The notes beneath the pieces are model-generated. The model was not told the DNA's origin. It did no database searches and was given only the letters and a program-made list of their open reading frames with translations. Shown piece by piece: positions 36,184 to 52,100 of a stretch of DNA of 64,000 bases (its first letter is position 1; each line of letters starts with the position of its first letter). The translations under genes were made by a program, and so were the position numbers. Source of the stretch: Nemertoderma westbladi (Eukaryota > Animalia > Xenacoelomorpha); contig JAUCBJ010004480.1 of NCBI GenBank assembly GCA_032718475.1, forward strand, positions 8,576-72,575. Direction: 5' to 3'.

Positions 36184-39100
36184 GTATGAATCAAAGCACA
36201 CATCTAATTATTGAGTCGGAAAATGTTACCCATAGGAATTTGGAAGATTGAAATATTTAATCCATTCTCTAATCTGGAAATAATAATTAGTTTGAGACGA
36301 TTAAAAAAGTCCCGGTTAACCAGCCAGCCACCCTGTCAAATACATTAAAGTAATTTCGTCATATGGAACTTTATGCTGTTGGCACTGGAATGTTTTAAGC
36401 AGATTGATATTTAAATTTTGTTTGATTTGCTTTTTTATCTGCGAGGGACGGCGATGAGGCGCCCTGACGTATGACGTTATTAGTAAATAATTGTGATATA
36501 TTGTGGCGAATTCAAAACCATAAGAGCCACAAAGTGGCACTGGATTTGAAACCACATCTTACACATAGTGGAGCCAGTGCACAAAGCACAACGAGGGATA
36601 ATCTTGCATAGTTTGGTTAATTTACATAAATAATTTTACGGGTAGTATATGATGCCTCAGGGTAGTTCCTGTTGCCTAGGCTGTTAATACTAACGTTGTA
36701 AATGGTGCCTAGGTACTTATTACTACGGTATTACCTGATATCGGCTAGTACATGGTGCCTCCTTCATCAGCCCTGCTTGCAATATAGTTGTAGGTCTTAT
36801 TCAGACTTTGATCATTGCATCTTATATGACGTACCTAATGTTTACGATAAGCTGAAAGTCCTGTCTGTTGCATCCGGTTTATGAAAACATCCTGCAGACC
36901 ATACTTAAGACATTCCCCCACCTTAACAAACTAATTGGTTTTTAAAAGCTTGTATTCTATGTTACAAATTTTGTGATGATTATTCATTAGCGAATGCGAT
37001 GTCAACTTACAGGATTTCTACCAAATAAGAATTGTGGCATTGGTGTTATTATGACATTAAATCACTCTGATGAAATCACGTCCCATATGCCAGAGTAAAG
37101 TAAACCCTGACAGTTGTATGCAGCTTCACTAATGAATCTGTTTCGCATAGTATTTCGAGACAGAAACTAGACGCAAATCCCACCTCGGGGATTTTATATC
37201 TCGCCTCAATGTTAAATTACTGTAATAATTTCGGGAAAGGAGAAGAACGTTATTCTAACCAAAAACAATAAACTAAATGAAGTAAATAGAGCAGGTTACA
37301 GTTTATTTTAGAGTAATCAGCTGTTATTTGCATCGAAATTCCCTTACCCCCGATCTGACTATTTCATAATAAACAAAAAATTAGAAAATAATACATTATT
37401 AATACAAGATATCTCACACATCGCTATGTTATTGATCTATAACTTAACTGCATGCCTATAGTTGAATGTACCTGTACAGTAGATGTTGTATGAACTTGAG
37501 ATATGCTTGGGGTCTATGGTCGTGGTCGGCTACCCATTCCCTTTAGTTTCCATTAATACTGTGCAATTCTACTAGAATAAATAGGTTTTAGCTTATGACA
37601 CATAATTGTACTCCGTTGTGACTGCCGCTAAGTTGTATACTGGTTGCTTAGTTCTAGTTGATGCCTAAAGTACTGTTAATGTATTATATAATTCCACGGA
37701 AAATGCAAAGAGCTCTTATACTGCAACTTTAACTCTACATAACCTATTTTACCCAAAATATATAAAAGTTGAAATCCTCAAATCAAAAATTCTCACTGTA
37801 AGAAAACCTCTATCTTACCACTTACCAAGCATCTCATTCATATATAACCTCCAGCTGTGGATCTGCGAATTATTGTGAGGACATAATTATTGTGAAGCGT
37901 TGATCTAAATATATACGTGGCGGACAGCACCCTTGATTCATCACGCTGTCTGGCGCACATCATTTGGCAAACTCCACGGCCCCTTGGGTTGAGATTTGTG
38001 CTCTTTATGCACCCCGATCACTAGAAAAAACGAGAAGGCCGCACAATTGGCTTGGCTTGTTACTATTGTCTCATCGCTTCTTGCATAGCTGTGGCAAATA
38101 ACATGGACTTTATAATGAAATACGGACTTATTAGTAATGAGCGGGAGTAAGTGCTGGTGTAGAGGGCGGCTGCATGCAATAATGGCCGGACTGCTCAACT
38201 ATATGATTCACCGCAGTACATGCTCCTCATGCCCCCCCCCCCCCCCCCCCCCCCCTCATGGATGTCGGCAACGATAGTTATGTAACGGATGTTTTCAGCG
38301 AGGCGAGTTTAACTCTCAGTTGATCAGTTGCTTCGATGAACTCCCCCAAATAATGGCATTGTTGTTTCATATTCGATGCGATACAATAGCGATGTGACAT
38401 GCTCATCCACAGATGGGATGATCCACAGCAGAACGCTGAGGGTATAAGGCATGGACACCATATCACCATGTTTGTATATTTGCATGTGGAACCTTGCCGC
38501 TGGTACATACCGTTCTACAAAGTCTCCCAGTACTCATCCTGGCTCTTACATTGCCAATAAACACGGTATTCAGTGACCCATCTAATCCGAAATGGCGATA
38601 CATCAGACACAGACAGCAGCACCAATGGCAACTCCAGTACACATCGTTCTCTCACTCAGGTTCTGACCCTGATTGCATACAACCCGGCTCCTGAACTACG
38701 GCTTGCATTCAGTACACTTTTGTGTTTTTTATGTTAATTTTGTAATTAGATATTTTGCCTTTTCGATATATTTTTTGTGTTATCTATATTAGTCTATTTG
38801 TCTTGTTTATAATTATATAATGATGTTGGATTTAGTATAAATTCGTAACTTCTATATAATTATAAGTCAAGTTAATACAAAGAGATTTGAAGTTTTCGTA
38901 TTCGGTCGGTGGTGTTATTTACCTCATCTCGAATCGCTTCCCCTTATTAACTCCCCTGACTCGCCCATGGACACTGGACTTCAGACCAGTGTTGAACTAT
39001 GAGAGTGTATGGCTGACCGTGGGATCTATGAAAAATTTCCCTAAAAAATTGTGTGCTTCTACTACTTGCATCGACGCAAATACCGTCTCGGCGAATTAAT

Positions 39101-39338
39101 ATCTCTCCTAAATCTCGCACAGGATACAGTGGCACATTATTCTAACCAAAACAAGAAACGAAAGTCAATAGAATTGTTTTCAGTTTAATTTTTAGAGTAA
39201 TCAGCTGTTATTTGCATCGGTTTTCCGGAATATTTAACATATGTATTTCGTTCAAAATGAAGTAGTGCCTTTCCTTTTAATACCCAAACCAACTACATCA
39301 TATTTGCCAATGTCTTTAACAATTATCCTTTCTTTCAG

Positions 39339-39538
39339 GTCCTCTATTTAGACTGGCGACCACTTATAAGGGATTCTACGTTCTATGCACTATCTATAGC
39401 TAGTTTCATTGGATTCGCCTGGGATGGATACATTGCACTTCACGAGGCTATACTCCTACTCATATTATATATATCTTATATTGTCATTATGAAGTTCAAC
39501 CCACAACTTATGGATTTCATGGGCAGTTGGCAGTGCTG
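39339..39538 (+). CDS. NCKX coding exon 4 (TM4-TM5)
   Basis: VLYLDWRPLIRDSTFY...WDGYI..HEA.LLLILY..YIVIMKFN; acceptor tctttcag, donor gtatgt; phases 0/2. Confidence 0.96.
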
Positions 39539-40009
39539 GTATGTTAACGATTCTATTTCATTCACATATAATCTATACTGTACATTTTTAAATGTTGTTG
39601 TTAAATCAAATAATATTGCAAGATGATATGAATACATAATTTAGTCGTCATTTTCTTTACATATTATTAAAATACTTTATTATACTTACATATTTTACAT
39701 ATTATGTTGTAATGAAATTACAGATTTTCATGCTATGTAATTGCCAAATATAATTATTATTTAATATCATTATGGATAATAACATCTCATAGAATGACGG
39801 ACAGGGGGATTATTGGGGATAAACCTATTTATTTACCTTACTCTATCTAAAAGACCCACCTGCTTGAACTTAATGATTTCATATACTGCACCTAAATCTT
39901 TAGGAATAAATACTTATATTTCGAGGATATCCCCCTCTCCCCCACCCCACCACCACATTTTTTGTTTAAATGTTTAAAATTATAAATAATTTATTATTTG
40001 TTTTTGCAG

Positions 40010-40118
40010 TTGTAGGACTCGTATTGTACCAATTGACTCCGAATCTGGTGCTGTTAATGAAAATGGTATCCAACAAAACGATATTGCAATGCGCGAGCAA
40101 CACCACAGAAATACAGGA
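40010..40118 (+). CDS. NCKX coding exon 5 (start of the cytosolic loop)
   Basis: Acceptor tttttgcag and donor gtaagt. 109 nt, phase 2/0; CCRTRIVPIDSESG...RNTG is open. Confidence 0.85.
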
Positions 40119-40127
40119 GTAAGTTAA

Positions 40128-43100
40128 ATACCTGTACTCAAATCGACTGAATATCCATACCTGTACTCAAACCTACTGAATATCCATACTGATACTCAAA
40201 CCTACTAAATATCCATACCTGTACTCAAACCTACTGAATATCCATACCTGTACTCAAACCTACTGAATATCCATACCTGTACTCAAACCTACTGAATATC
40301 CATACCTGTACTCAAACCTACTGAATATCCATACCGGTACTCAAACCGACTGAATATCCATACCGGTACTCAACTCAAACCTACTGAATATCCATACTGG
40401 TACTCAAACCTACTGAATATCCATACCGGTACTCAAACCGACTGAATATCCATACCGGTACTCAACTCAAACCTACTGAATATCCATACCGGTACTCAAA
40501 CCTACTGAATATCCATACTGATACTCAAACCTACTGAATATCCATACTGATACTCAAACCTACTGAATATCCATACCGGTACTCAAATCGACTGAATATC
40601 CATACCGGTACTCAAATCGACTGAATATCCATACTGATACTCAAACCTACTGAATATCCATACCTGTACTCAAACCTACTGAATATCCATACTGGTACTC
40701 AAACCGACTGACTGATAATCCATACTGATACTCAAACCGACTGAATATCCATACCGGTACTCAAACCTACTAATATCCATACTGATACTCAAACCTACTG
40801 AATATCCATACCGGTACTCAAATCTACTAATATCCATACTGGTACTCAAACCTACTGAATATCCATACCTGTACTCAAACCTACTGAATATCCATACCTG
40901 TACTCAAACCTACTGAATATCCATACCGGTACTCAAACCTACTGAATATCCATACCTGTACTCAAACCTACTGTATATCCATACTGATACTCAAACCTAC
41001 TGAATATCCATACCGGTACTCAAACCTACTAAATATCCATACCGGTACTCAAACCTACTAAATATCCATACCGGTACTCAAATCTACTAATATCCATACT
41101 GGTACTCAAACCTACTGAATATCCATACCTGTACTCAAACCTACTGAATATCCATACTGGTACTCAAACCTACTGAATATCCATACCGGTACTCAAACCG
41201 ACTGAATATCCATACCGGTACTCAACTCAAACCTACTGAATATCCATACCTGTACTCAAACCTACTGAATATCCATACCTGTACTCAAACCTACTGAATA
41301 TCCATACCTGTACTCAAACCTACTGAATATCCATACCTGTACTCAAACCTACTGAATATCCATACCGGTACTCAAACCGACTGAATATCCATACCGGTAC
41401 TCAACTCAAACCTACTGAATATCCATACTGGTACTCAAACCTACTGAATATCCATACCGGTACTCAAACCGACTGAATATCCATACCGGTACTCAACTCA
41501 AACCTACTGAATATCCATACCGGTACTCAAACCTACTGAATATCCATACTGATACTCAAACCTACTGAATATCCATACTGATACTCAAACCTACTGAATA
41601 TCCATACCGGTACTCAAATCGACTGAATATCCATACCGGTACTCAAATCGACTGAATATCCATACTGATACTCAAACCTACTGAATATCCATACCTGTAC
41701 TCAAACCTACTGAATATCCATACTGGTACTCAAACCGACTGACTGATAATCCATACTGATACTCAAACCGACTGAATATCCATACCGGTACTCAAACCTA
41801 CTAATATCCATACTGATACTCAAACCTACTGAATATCCATACCGGTACTCAAATCTACTAATATCCATACTGGTACTCAAACCTACTGAATATCCATACC
41901 TGTACTCAAACCTACTGAATATCCATACCTGTACTCAAACCTACTGAATATCCATACCGGTACTCAAACCTACTGAATATCCATACCTGTACTCAAACCT
42001 ACTGTATATCCATACTGATACTCAAACCTACTGAATATCCATACCGGTACTCAAACCTACTGAATATCCATACCTGTACTCAAACCTACTGAATATCCAT
42101 ACTGGTACTCAAACCTACTGAATATCCATACTGGTACTCAAACCTACTGAATATCCATACCGGTACTCAAACCGACTGAATATCCATACCGGTACTCAAC
42201 TCAAACCTACTGAATATCCATACCGGTACTCAAACCTACTGAATATCCATAGCGGTACTCAAATCGACTGAATATCCATACCGGTACTCAAACCTACTGA
42301 ATATCCATACCAGTACTCACACCTACTGAATATCCATACCGGTACTCGGAAACCTACTGAATATCCATACCTGTACTCAAACCTACTGAATATCCATACC
42401 TGTACTCAAACCTACTGAATATCCATACCTGTACTCAAACCTACTGAATATCCATACCGGTACTCAAACCGACTGAATATCCATACCGGTACTCAAACCT
42501 ACTAATATCCATACTGATACTCAAACCTACTGAATATCCATACCGGTACTCAAATCTACTAATATCCATACTGGTACTCAAACCTACTGAATATCCATAC
42601 TGGTACTCAAACCTACTGAATATCCATACCGGTACTCAAACCTACTGAATATCCATACCGGTACTCAAACCTACTGAATATCCATACCAGTACTCAAACC
42701 TACTAATATCCATACCGGTACTCAAAACTACTGAATATCCATACTGGTACTCAAACCTACTGAATATCCATACCGGTACTCAAACCTACTGAATATCCAT
42801 ACCGGTACTCAAACCTACTGAATATCCATACTGGTACTCAAACCTACTGAATGTCCATACCGGTACTCAAACCGACTGAATATCCATACCGGTACTCAAC
42901 TCAAACCTACTGAATATCCATACTGGTACTCAAACCTACTGAATATCCATACCGGTACTCAAACCGACTGAATATCCATACCGGTACTCAACTCAAACCT
43001 ACTGAATATCCATACCGGTACTCAAACCTACTGAATATCCATAGCGGTACTCAAATCGACTGAATATCCATACCGGTACTCAAACCTACTGAATATCCAT

Positions 43101-46100
43101 ACCAGTACTCACACCTACTGAATATCCATACCGGTACTCGGAAACCTACTGAATATCCATACCTGTACTCAAACCTACTGAATATCCATACCTGTACTCA
43201 AACCTACTGAATATCCATACCTGTACTCAAACCAACTGAATATCCATACCGGTACTCAAACCGACTGAATATCCATACCGGTACTCAAACCTACTAATAT
43301 CCATACTGATACTCAAACCTACTGAATATCCATACCGGTACTCAAATCTACTAATATCCATACTGGTACTCAAACCTACTGAATATCCATACTGGTACTC
43401 AAACCTACTGAATATCCATACCGGTACTCAAACCTACTGAATATCCATACCGGTACTCAAACCTACTGAATATCCATACCAGTACTCAAACCTACTAATA
43501 TCCATACCGGTACTCAAAACTACTGAATATCCATACTGGTACTCAAACCTACTGAATATCCATACCGGTACTCAAACCTACTGAATATCCATACCGGTAC
43601 TCAAACCTACTGAATATCCATACTGATACTCAAACCTACTGAATATCCATACCTGTACTCAAACCTACTGAATATCCATACCGGTACTCAAACCTACTGA
43701 ATATCCATACCTGTACTCAAACCTACTGAATATCCATACCGGTACTCAAACCTACTGAATATCCATACCTGTACTCAAACCTACTGAATATCCATAATGA
43801 TACTCAAACCTACTGAATATCCATACCTGTACTCAAACCTACTGAATATCCATACTGGTACTCAAACCGACTGAATATCCATACTGATACTCAAACCGAC
43901 TGAATATCCATACCGGTACTCAAACCTACTAATATCCATACTGATACTCAAACCTACTGAATATCCATACTGATACTCAAACCTACTGAATATCCATACC
44001 TGTACTCAAACCTACTGAATATCCATACCTGTACTCAAACCTACTGAATATCCATACCGGTACTCAAACCTACTGAATATCCATACCTGTACTCAAACCT
44101 ACTGAATATCCATACTGATACTCAAACCTACTGAATATCCATACCTGTACTCAAACCTACTGAATATCCATACTGGTACTCAAACCGACTGAATATCCAT
44201 ACTGATACTCAAACCGACTGAATATCCATACCGGTACTCAAACCTACTAATATCCATACTGATACTCAAACCTACTGAATATCCATACCGGTACTCAAAC
44301 CTACTGAATATCCATACTGATACTCAAACCTACTGAATATCCATACTGATACTCAAACCTACTGAATATCCATACCGGTACTCAAACCTACTGAATATCC
44401 ATACTGATACTCAAACCTACTGAATATCCATACTGATACTCAAACCTACTGAATATCCATACCGGTACTCAAATCTACTAATATCCATACTGGTACTCAA
44501 ACCTACTGAATATCCATACCTGTACTCAAACCTACTGAATATCCATACCTGTACTCAAACCTACTGAATATCCATACCGGTACTCAAACCTACTGAATAT
44601 CCATACCTGTACTCAAACCTACTGAATATCCATACTGATACTCAAACCTACTGAATATCCATACCTGTACTCAAACCTACTGAATATCCATACTGGTACT
44701 CAAACCTACTGAATATCCATACTGGTACTCAAACCTACTGAATATCCATACCGGTACTCAAACCGACTGAATATCCATACCGGTACTCAAACCTACTAAT
44801 ATCCATACTGAGTACTCAAACCTACTGAATATCCATACCGGTACTCAAACCTACTGAATATCCATACCTGTACTCAAACCTACTGAATATCCATACTGAT
44901 ACTCAAACCTACTGAATATCCATACCTGTACTCAAACCTACTGAATATCCATACCGGTACTCAAACCTACTGAATATCCATACTGGTACTCAAACCTACT
45001 GAATATCCATACCGGTACTCAAACCGACTGAATATCCATACCGGTACTCAAACCTACTGAATATCCATACCGGTACTCAAACCTACTGAATATCCATACC
45101 GGTACTCAAACCTACTGAATATCCATACCGGTACTCAAACCTACTGAATATCCATACCGGTACTCAAACCTACTGAATATCCATACCGGTACTCAAACCT
45201 ACTGAATATCCATACCGGTACTCAAACCTACTGAATATCCATACCGGTACTCAAACCTACTGAATATCCATACCGGTACTCAAACCTACTGAATATCCAT
45301 ACTGGTACTCAAACCTACTGAATATCCATACCGGTACTCAAACCTACTGAATATCCATACCGGTACTCAAACCTACTGAATATCCATACCGGTACTCAAA
45401 CCTACTGAATATCCATACTGATACTCAAACCTACTGAATATCCATACCGGTACTCAAACCTACTGAATATCCATACCGGTACTCAAACCTACTGAATATC
45501 CATACCGGTACTCAAACCTACTGAATATCCATACTGGTACTCAAACCTACTGAATATCCATACCGGTACTCAAACCTACTGAATATCCATACCGGTACTC
45601 AAACCTACTGAATATCCATACCGGTACTCAAACCTACTGAATATCCATACTGGTACTCAAACCTACTGAATATCCATACCTGTACTCAAACCTACTGAAT
45701 ATCCATACCGGTACTCAAACCTACTGAATATCCATACCGGTACTCAAACCTACTGAATATCCATACCGGTACTCAAACCTACTGAATATCCATACCGGTA
45801 CTCAAACCTACTGAATATCCATACCTGTACTCAAACCTACTGAATATCCATACTGGTACTCAAACCTACTGAATATCCATACCGGTACTCAAACCTACTG
45901 AATATCCATACCGGTACTCAAACCTACTGAATATCCATACCGGTACTCAAACCTACTGAATATCCATACCGGTACTCAAACCTACTGAATATCCATACCT
46001 GTACTCAAACCTACTGAATATCCATACCGGTACTCAAACCTACTGAATATCCATACCGGTACTCAAACCTACTGAATATCCATACCGGTACTCAAACCTA

Positions 46101-49100
46101 CTGAATATCCATACTGTACTCAAACCTACTGAATATCCATACCGGTACTCAAACCTACTGAATATCCATACCGGTACTCAAACCTACTGAATATCCATAC
46201 CGGTACTCAAACCTACTGAATATCCATACCGGTACTCAAACCTACTGAATATCCATACCGGTACTCAAACCTACTGAATATCCATACCGGTACTCAAACC
46301 TACTGAATATCCATACCTGTACTCAAACCTACTGAATATCCATACCTGTACTCAAACCTACTGAATATCCATACCTGTACTCAAACCTACTGAATATCCA
46401 TACCTGTACTCAAACCTACTGAATATCCATACCGGTACTCAAACCTACTGAATATCCATACCGGTACTCAAACCTACTGAATATCCATACCGGTACTCAA
46501 ACCTACTGAATATCCATACCGGTACTCAAACCTACTGAATATCCATACCTGTACTCAAACCTACTGAATATCCATACCGGTACTCAAACCTACTGAATAT
46601 CCATACCTGGTACTCAAACCTACTGAATATCCATACCGGTACTCAAACCTACTGAATATCCATACCGGTACTCAAACCTACTGAATATCCATACCGGTAC
46701 TCAAACCTACTGAATATCCATACTGATACTCAAACCTACTGAATATCCATACCGGTACTCAAACCTACTGAATATCCATACATGTACTCAAACCTACTGA
46801 ATATCCATACCTGTACTCAAACCTACTGAATACCCATACCGGTACTCAAACCTACTGAATATCCATACCGGTACTCAAACCTACTGAATATCCATACGTG
46901 TACTCAAACCTACTGAATATCCATACCGGTACTCAAACCTACTGAATATCCATACCGGTACTCAAACCTACTGAATATCCATACCTGTACTCAAACCTAC
47001 TGAATATCCATACTGATACTCAAACCTACTGAATATCCATACCGGTACTCAAACCTACTGAATATCCATACCGGTACTCAAACCTACTGAATATCCATAC
47101 CGGTACTCAAACCTACTGAATATCCATACATGTACTCAAACCTACTGAATATCCATACCGGTACTCAAACCTACTGAATATCCATACCGGTACTCAAACC
47201 TACTGAATATCCATACCTGTACTCAAACCTACTGAATATCCATACCGGTACTCAAACCTACTGAATATCCATACCTGTACTCAAACCTACTGAATATCCA
47301 TACCGGTACTCAAACCTACTGAATATCCATACCTGTACTCAAACCTGCTGAATATCCATACTGATACTCAAACCTACTGAATATCCATACCTGTACTCAA
47401 ACCTACTGAATATCCATACTGATACTCAAACCTACTGAATATCCATACCGGTACTCAAACCTACTGAATATCCATACCTGTACTCAAACCTACTGAATAT
47501 CCATACTGATACTCAAACCTACTGAATATCCATACCTGTACTCAAACCTACTGAATATCCATACCTGTACTCAAACCTACTGAATATCCATACTGGTACT
47601 CAAACCTACTGAATACCCATACCGGTACTCAAACCTACTAAATATCCATTCCGGTACTCAAACCTACTAAATATCCATACCGGTACTCAAATCGACTGAA
47701 TATCCATACCGGTACTCAAACCTACTGAATACCCATACCGGTACTCAAACCTACTAAATATCCATACCGGTACTCAAACCTACTGAATATCCATACGTGT
47801 ACTCAAACCTACTGAATATCCATACCGGTACTCAAACCTACTGAATATCCATACCGGTACTCAAACCTACTGAATATCCATACCTGTACTCAAACCTACT
47901 GAATATCCATACTGATACTCAAACCTACTGAATATCCATACCGGTACTCAAACCTACTGAATATCCATACCGGTACTCAAACCTACTGAATATCCATACC
48001 GGTACTCAAACCTACTGAATATCCATACATGTACTCAAACCTACTGAATATCCATACCGGTACTCAAACCTACTGAATATCCATACCGGTACTCAAACCT
48101 ACTGAATATCCATACCTGTACTCAAACCTACTGAATATCCATACTGATACTCAAACCTACTGAATATCCATACCTGTACTCAAACCTACTGAATATCCAT
48201 ACTGGTACTCAAACCTACTGAATATCCATACCGGTACTCAAACCTACTGAATATCCATACCTGTACTCAAACCTACTGAATATCCATACCGGTACTCAAA
48301 CCTACTGAATATCCATACCTGTACTCAAACCTGCTGAATATCCATACTGATACTCAAACCTACTGAATATCCATACCTGTACTCAAACCTACTGAATATC
48401 CATACTGATACTCAAACCTACTGAATATCCATACCGGTACTCAAACCTACTGAATATCCATACCTGTACTCAAACCTACTGAATATCCATACTGATACTC
48501 AAACCTACTGAATATCCATACCTGTACTCAAACCTACTGAATATCCATACCTGTACTCAAACCTACTGAATATCCATACTGGTACTCAAACCTACTGAAT
48601 ACCCATACCGGTACTCAAACCTACTAAATATCCATTCCGGTACTCAAACCTACTAAATATCCATACCGGTACTCAAATCGACTGAATATCCATACCGGTA
48701 CTCAAACCTACTGAATACCCATACCGGTACTCAAACCTACTAAATATCCATACCGGTACTCAAACCTACTAAATATCCATACCTGTACTCAAACCTACTG
48801 AATATCCATACTGGTACTCAAACCTACTGAATACCCATACCGGTACTCAAACCTACTGAATATCCATACTGGTACTCAAACCTACTGAATATCCATACTG
48901 ATACTCAAACCTACTGAATATCCATACTGATACTCAAACCTACTGAATACCCATACCGGTACTCAAACCTACTGAATATCCATACTGGTACTCAAACCTA
49001 CTGAATATCCATACTGATACTCAAACCTACTGAATACCCATACCGGTACTCAAACCTACTGAATATCCATACTGGTACTCAAACCTACTGAATATCCATA

Positions 49101-52100
49101 CCGGTACTCAAAGCTACTGAATATCCATACCAGTACTCAAAACTACTGAATATCCATACTGGTACTCAAACCTACTGAATATCCATACCGGTACTCAAAC
49201 CTACTGAATATCCATACCGGTACTCAAACCGACTGAATATCCATACCGGTACTCAAACCTACTGAATATCCATACCGGTACTCAAACCTACTGAATATCC
49301 ATACCGGTACTCAAACCTACTGAATATCCATACCGGTACTCAAACCTACTGAATATCCATACCGGTACTCAAACCTACTGAATATCCATACTGATACTCA
49401 AACCTACTGAATATCCATACTGATACTCAAACCTACTGAATACCCATACCGGTACTCAAACCTACTGAATATCCATACTGGTACTCAAACCTACTGAATA
49501 TCCATACTGATACTCAAACCTATTGAATATCCATACCGGTACTCAAACCTACTGAATATCCATACCAGTACTCAAACCTACTGAATATCCATACTGATAC
49601 TCAAACCTACTGAATATCCATACTGATACTCAAACCTACTGAATACCCGTACCGGTACTCAAACCTACTGAATATCCATACTGATACTCAAACCTACTGA
49701 ATATCCATACTGGTACTCAAACCTACTGAATATCCATACTGATACTCAAACCTACTGAATATCCATACTGATACTCAAACCTACTGAATACCCATACCGG
49801 TACTCAAACCTACTGAATATCCATACTGGTACTCAAACCTACTGAATATCCATACTGATACTCAAACCTACTGAATATCCATACCGGTACTCAAACCTAC
49901 TGAATATCCATACTGATACTCAAACCTACTGAATATCCATACTGATACTCAAACCTACTGAATACCCGTACCGGTACTCAAACCTACTGAATATCCATAC
50001 TGATACTCAAACCTACTGAATATCCATACTGGTACTCAAACCTACTGAATATCCATACTGATACTCAAACCTACTGAATATCCATACTGATACTCAAACC
50101 TACTGAATACCCATACCGGTACTCAAACCTACTGAATATCCATACTGGTACTCAAACCTACTGAATATCCATACTGATACTCAAACCTACTGAATATCCA
50201 TACTGATACTCAAACCTACTGAATACCCATACCGGTACTCAAACCTACTGAATATCCATACTGGTACTCAAACCTACTGAATATCCATACTGATACTCAA
50301 ACCTATTGAATATCCATACTGATACTCAAACCTACTGAATATCCATACCGGTACTCAAACCTACTGAATATCCATACTGGTACTCAAACCTACTAAATAT
50401 CCATACCGGTACTCAAACCTACTAAATATCCATACCGGTACTCAAACCTACTAAATATCCATACCGGTACTCAAATCGACTGAATATCCATACCGGTACT
50501 CAAACCTACTGAATATCCATACCTGTACTCAAACCTACTGAATATCCATACTGATACTCAAACCTACTGAATATCCATACCTGTACTCAAACCTACTGAA
50601 TACCCATACCGGTACTCAAACCTACTAAATATCCATACCGGTACTCAAACCTACTAAATATCCATACCGGTACTCAAATCGACTGAATATCCATACCGGT
50701 ACTCAAACCTACTGAATATCCATACCTGTACTCAAACCTACTGAATATCCATACTGATACTCAAACCTACTGAATATCCATACCTGTACTCAAACCTACT
50801 GAATATCCATACTGATACTCAAACCTACTGAATATCCATACCGGTACTCAAACCTACTGAATATCCATACCGGTACTCAAACCTACTGAATATCCATACC
50901 AGTACTCAAACCTACTAATATCCATACTGGTACTCAAACCTACTGAATATCCATACATGTACTCAAACCTACTGAATATCCATACCTGTACTCAAACCTA
51001 CTGAATACCCATACCGGTACTCAAACCTACTGAATATCCATACCGGTACTCAAACCTACTGAATATCCATACGTGTACTCAAACCTACTGAATATCCATA
51101 CCGGTACTCAAACCTACTGAATATCCATACCGGTACTCAAACCTACTGAATATCCATACCTGTACTCAAACCTACTGAATATCCATACTGATACTCAAAC
51201 CTACTGAATATCCATACCGGTACTCAAACCTACTGAATATCCATACCGGTACTCAAACCTACTGAATATCCATACCGGTACTCAAACCTACTGAATATCC
51301 ATACATGTACTCAAACCTACTGAATATCCATACCGGTACTCAAACCTACTGAATATCCATACCGGTACTCAAACCTACTGAATATCCATACCTGTACTCA
51401 AACCTACTGAATATCCATACCGGTACTCAAACCTACTGAATATCCATACCTGTACTCAAACCTACTGAATATCCATACCGGTACTCAAACCTACTGAATA
51501 TCCATACCTGTACTCAAACCTGCTGAATATCCATACTGATACTCAAACCTACTGAATATCCATACCTGTACTCAAACCTACTGAATATCCATACTGATAC
51601 TCAAACCTACTGAATATCCATACCGGTACTCAAACCTACTGAATATCCATACCTGTACTCAAACCTACTGAATATCCATACTGATACTCAAACCTACTGA
51701 ATATCCATACCTGTACTCAAACCTACTGAATATCCATACCTGTACTCAAACCTACTGAATATCCATACTGGTACTCAAACCTACTGAATACCCATACCGG
51801 TACTCAAACCTACTAAATATCCATTCCGGTACTCAAACCTACTAAATATCCATACCGGTACTCAAATCGACTGAATATCCATACCGGTACTCAAACCTAC
51901 TGAATACCCATACCGGTACTCAAACCTACTAAATATCCATACCGGTACTCAAACCTACTGAATATCCATACGTGTACTCAAACCTACTGAATATCCATAC
52001 CGGTACTCAAACCTACTGAATATCCATACCGGTACTCAAACCTACTGAATATCCATACCTGTACTCAAACCTACTGAATATCCATACTGATACTCAAACC

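Noticed and set aside
36525-36590. tRNA-derived SINE head (B-box-like strings also near 9600 and 18660)
   Set aside because: Too degenerate to define boxes or boundaries by eye.
38390-38830. Possible decayed LINE 3' end (similar 3' UTR-like relics near 34980-35150 and 61000-61190)
   Set aside because: Motifs are too eroded to support a call.
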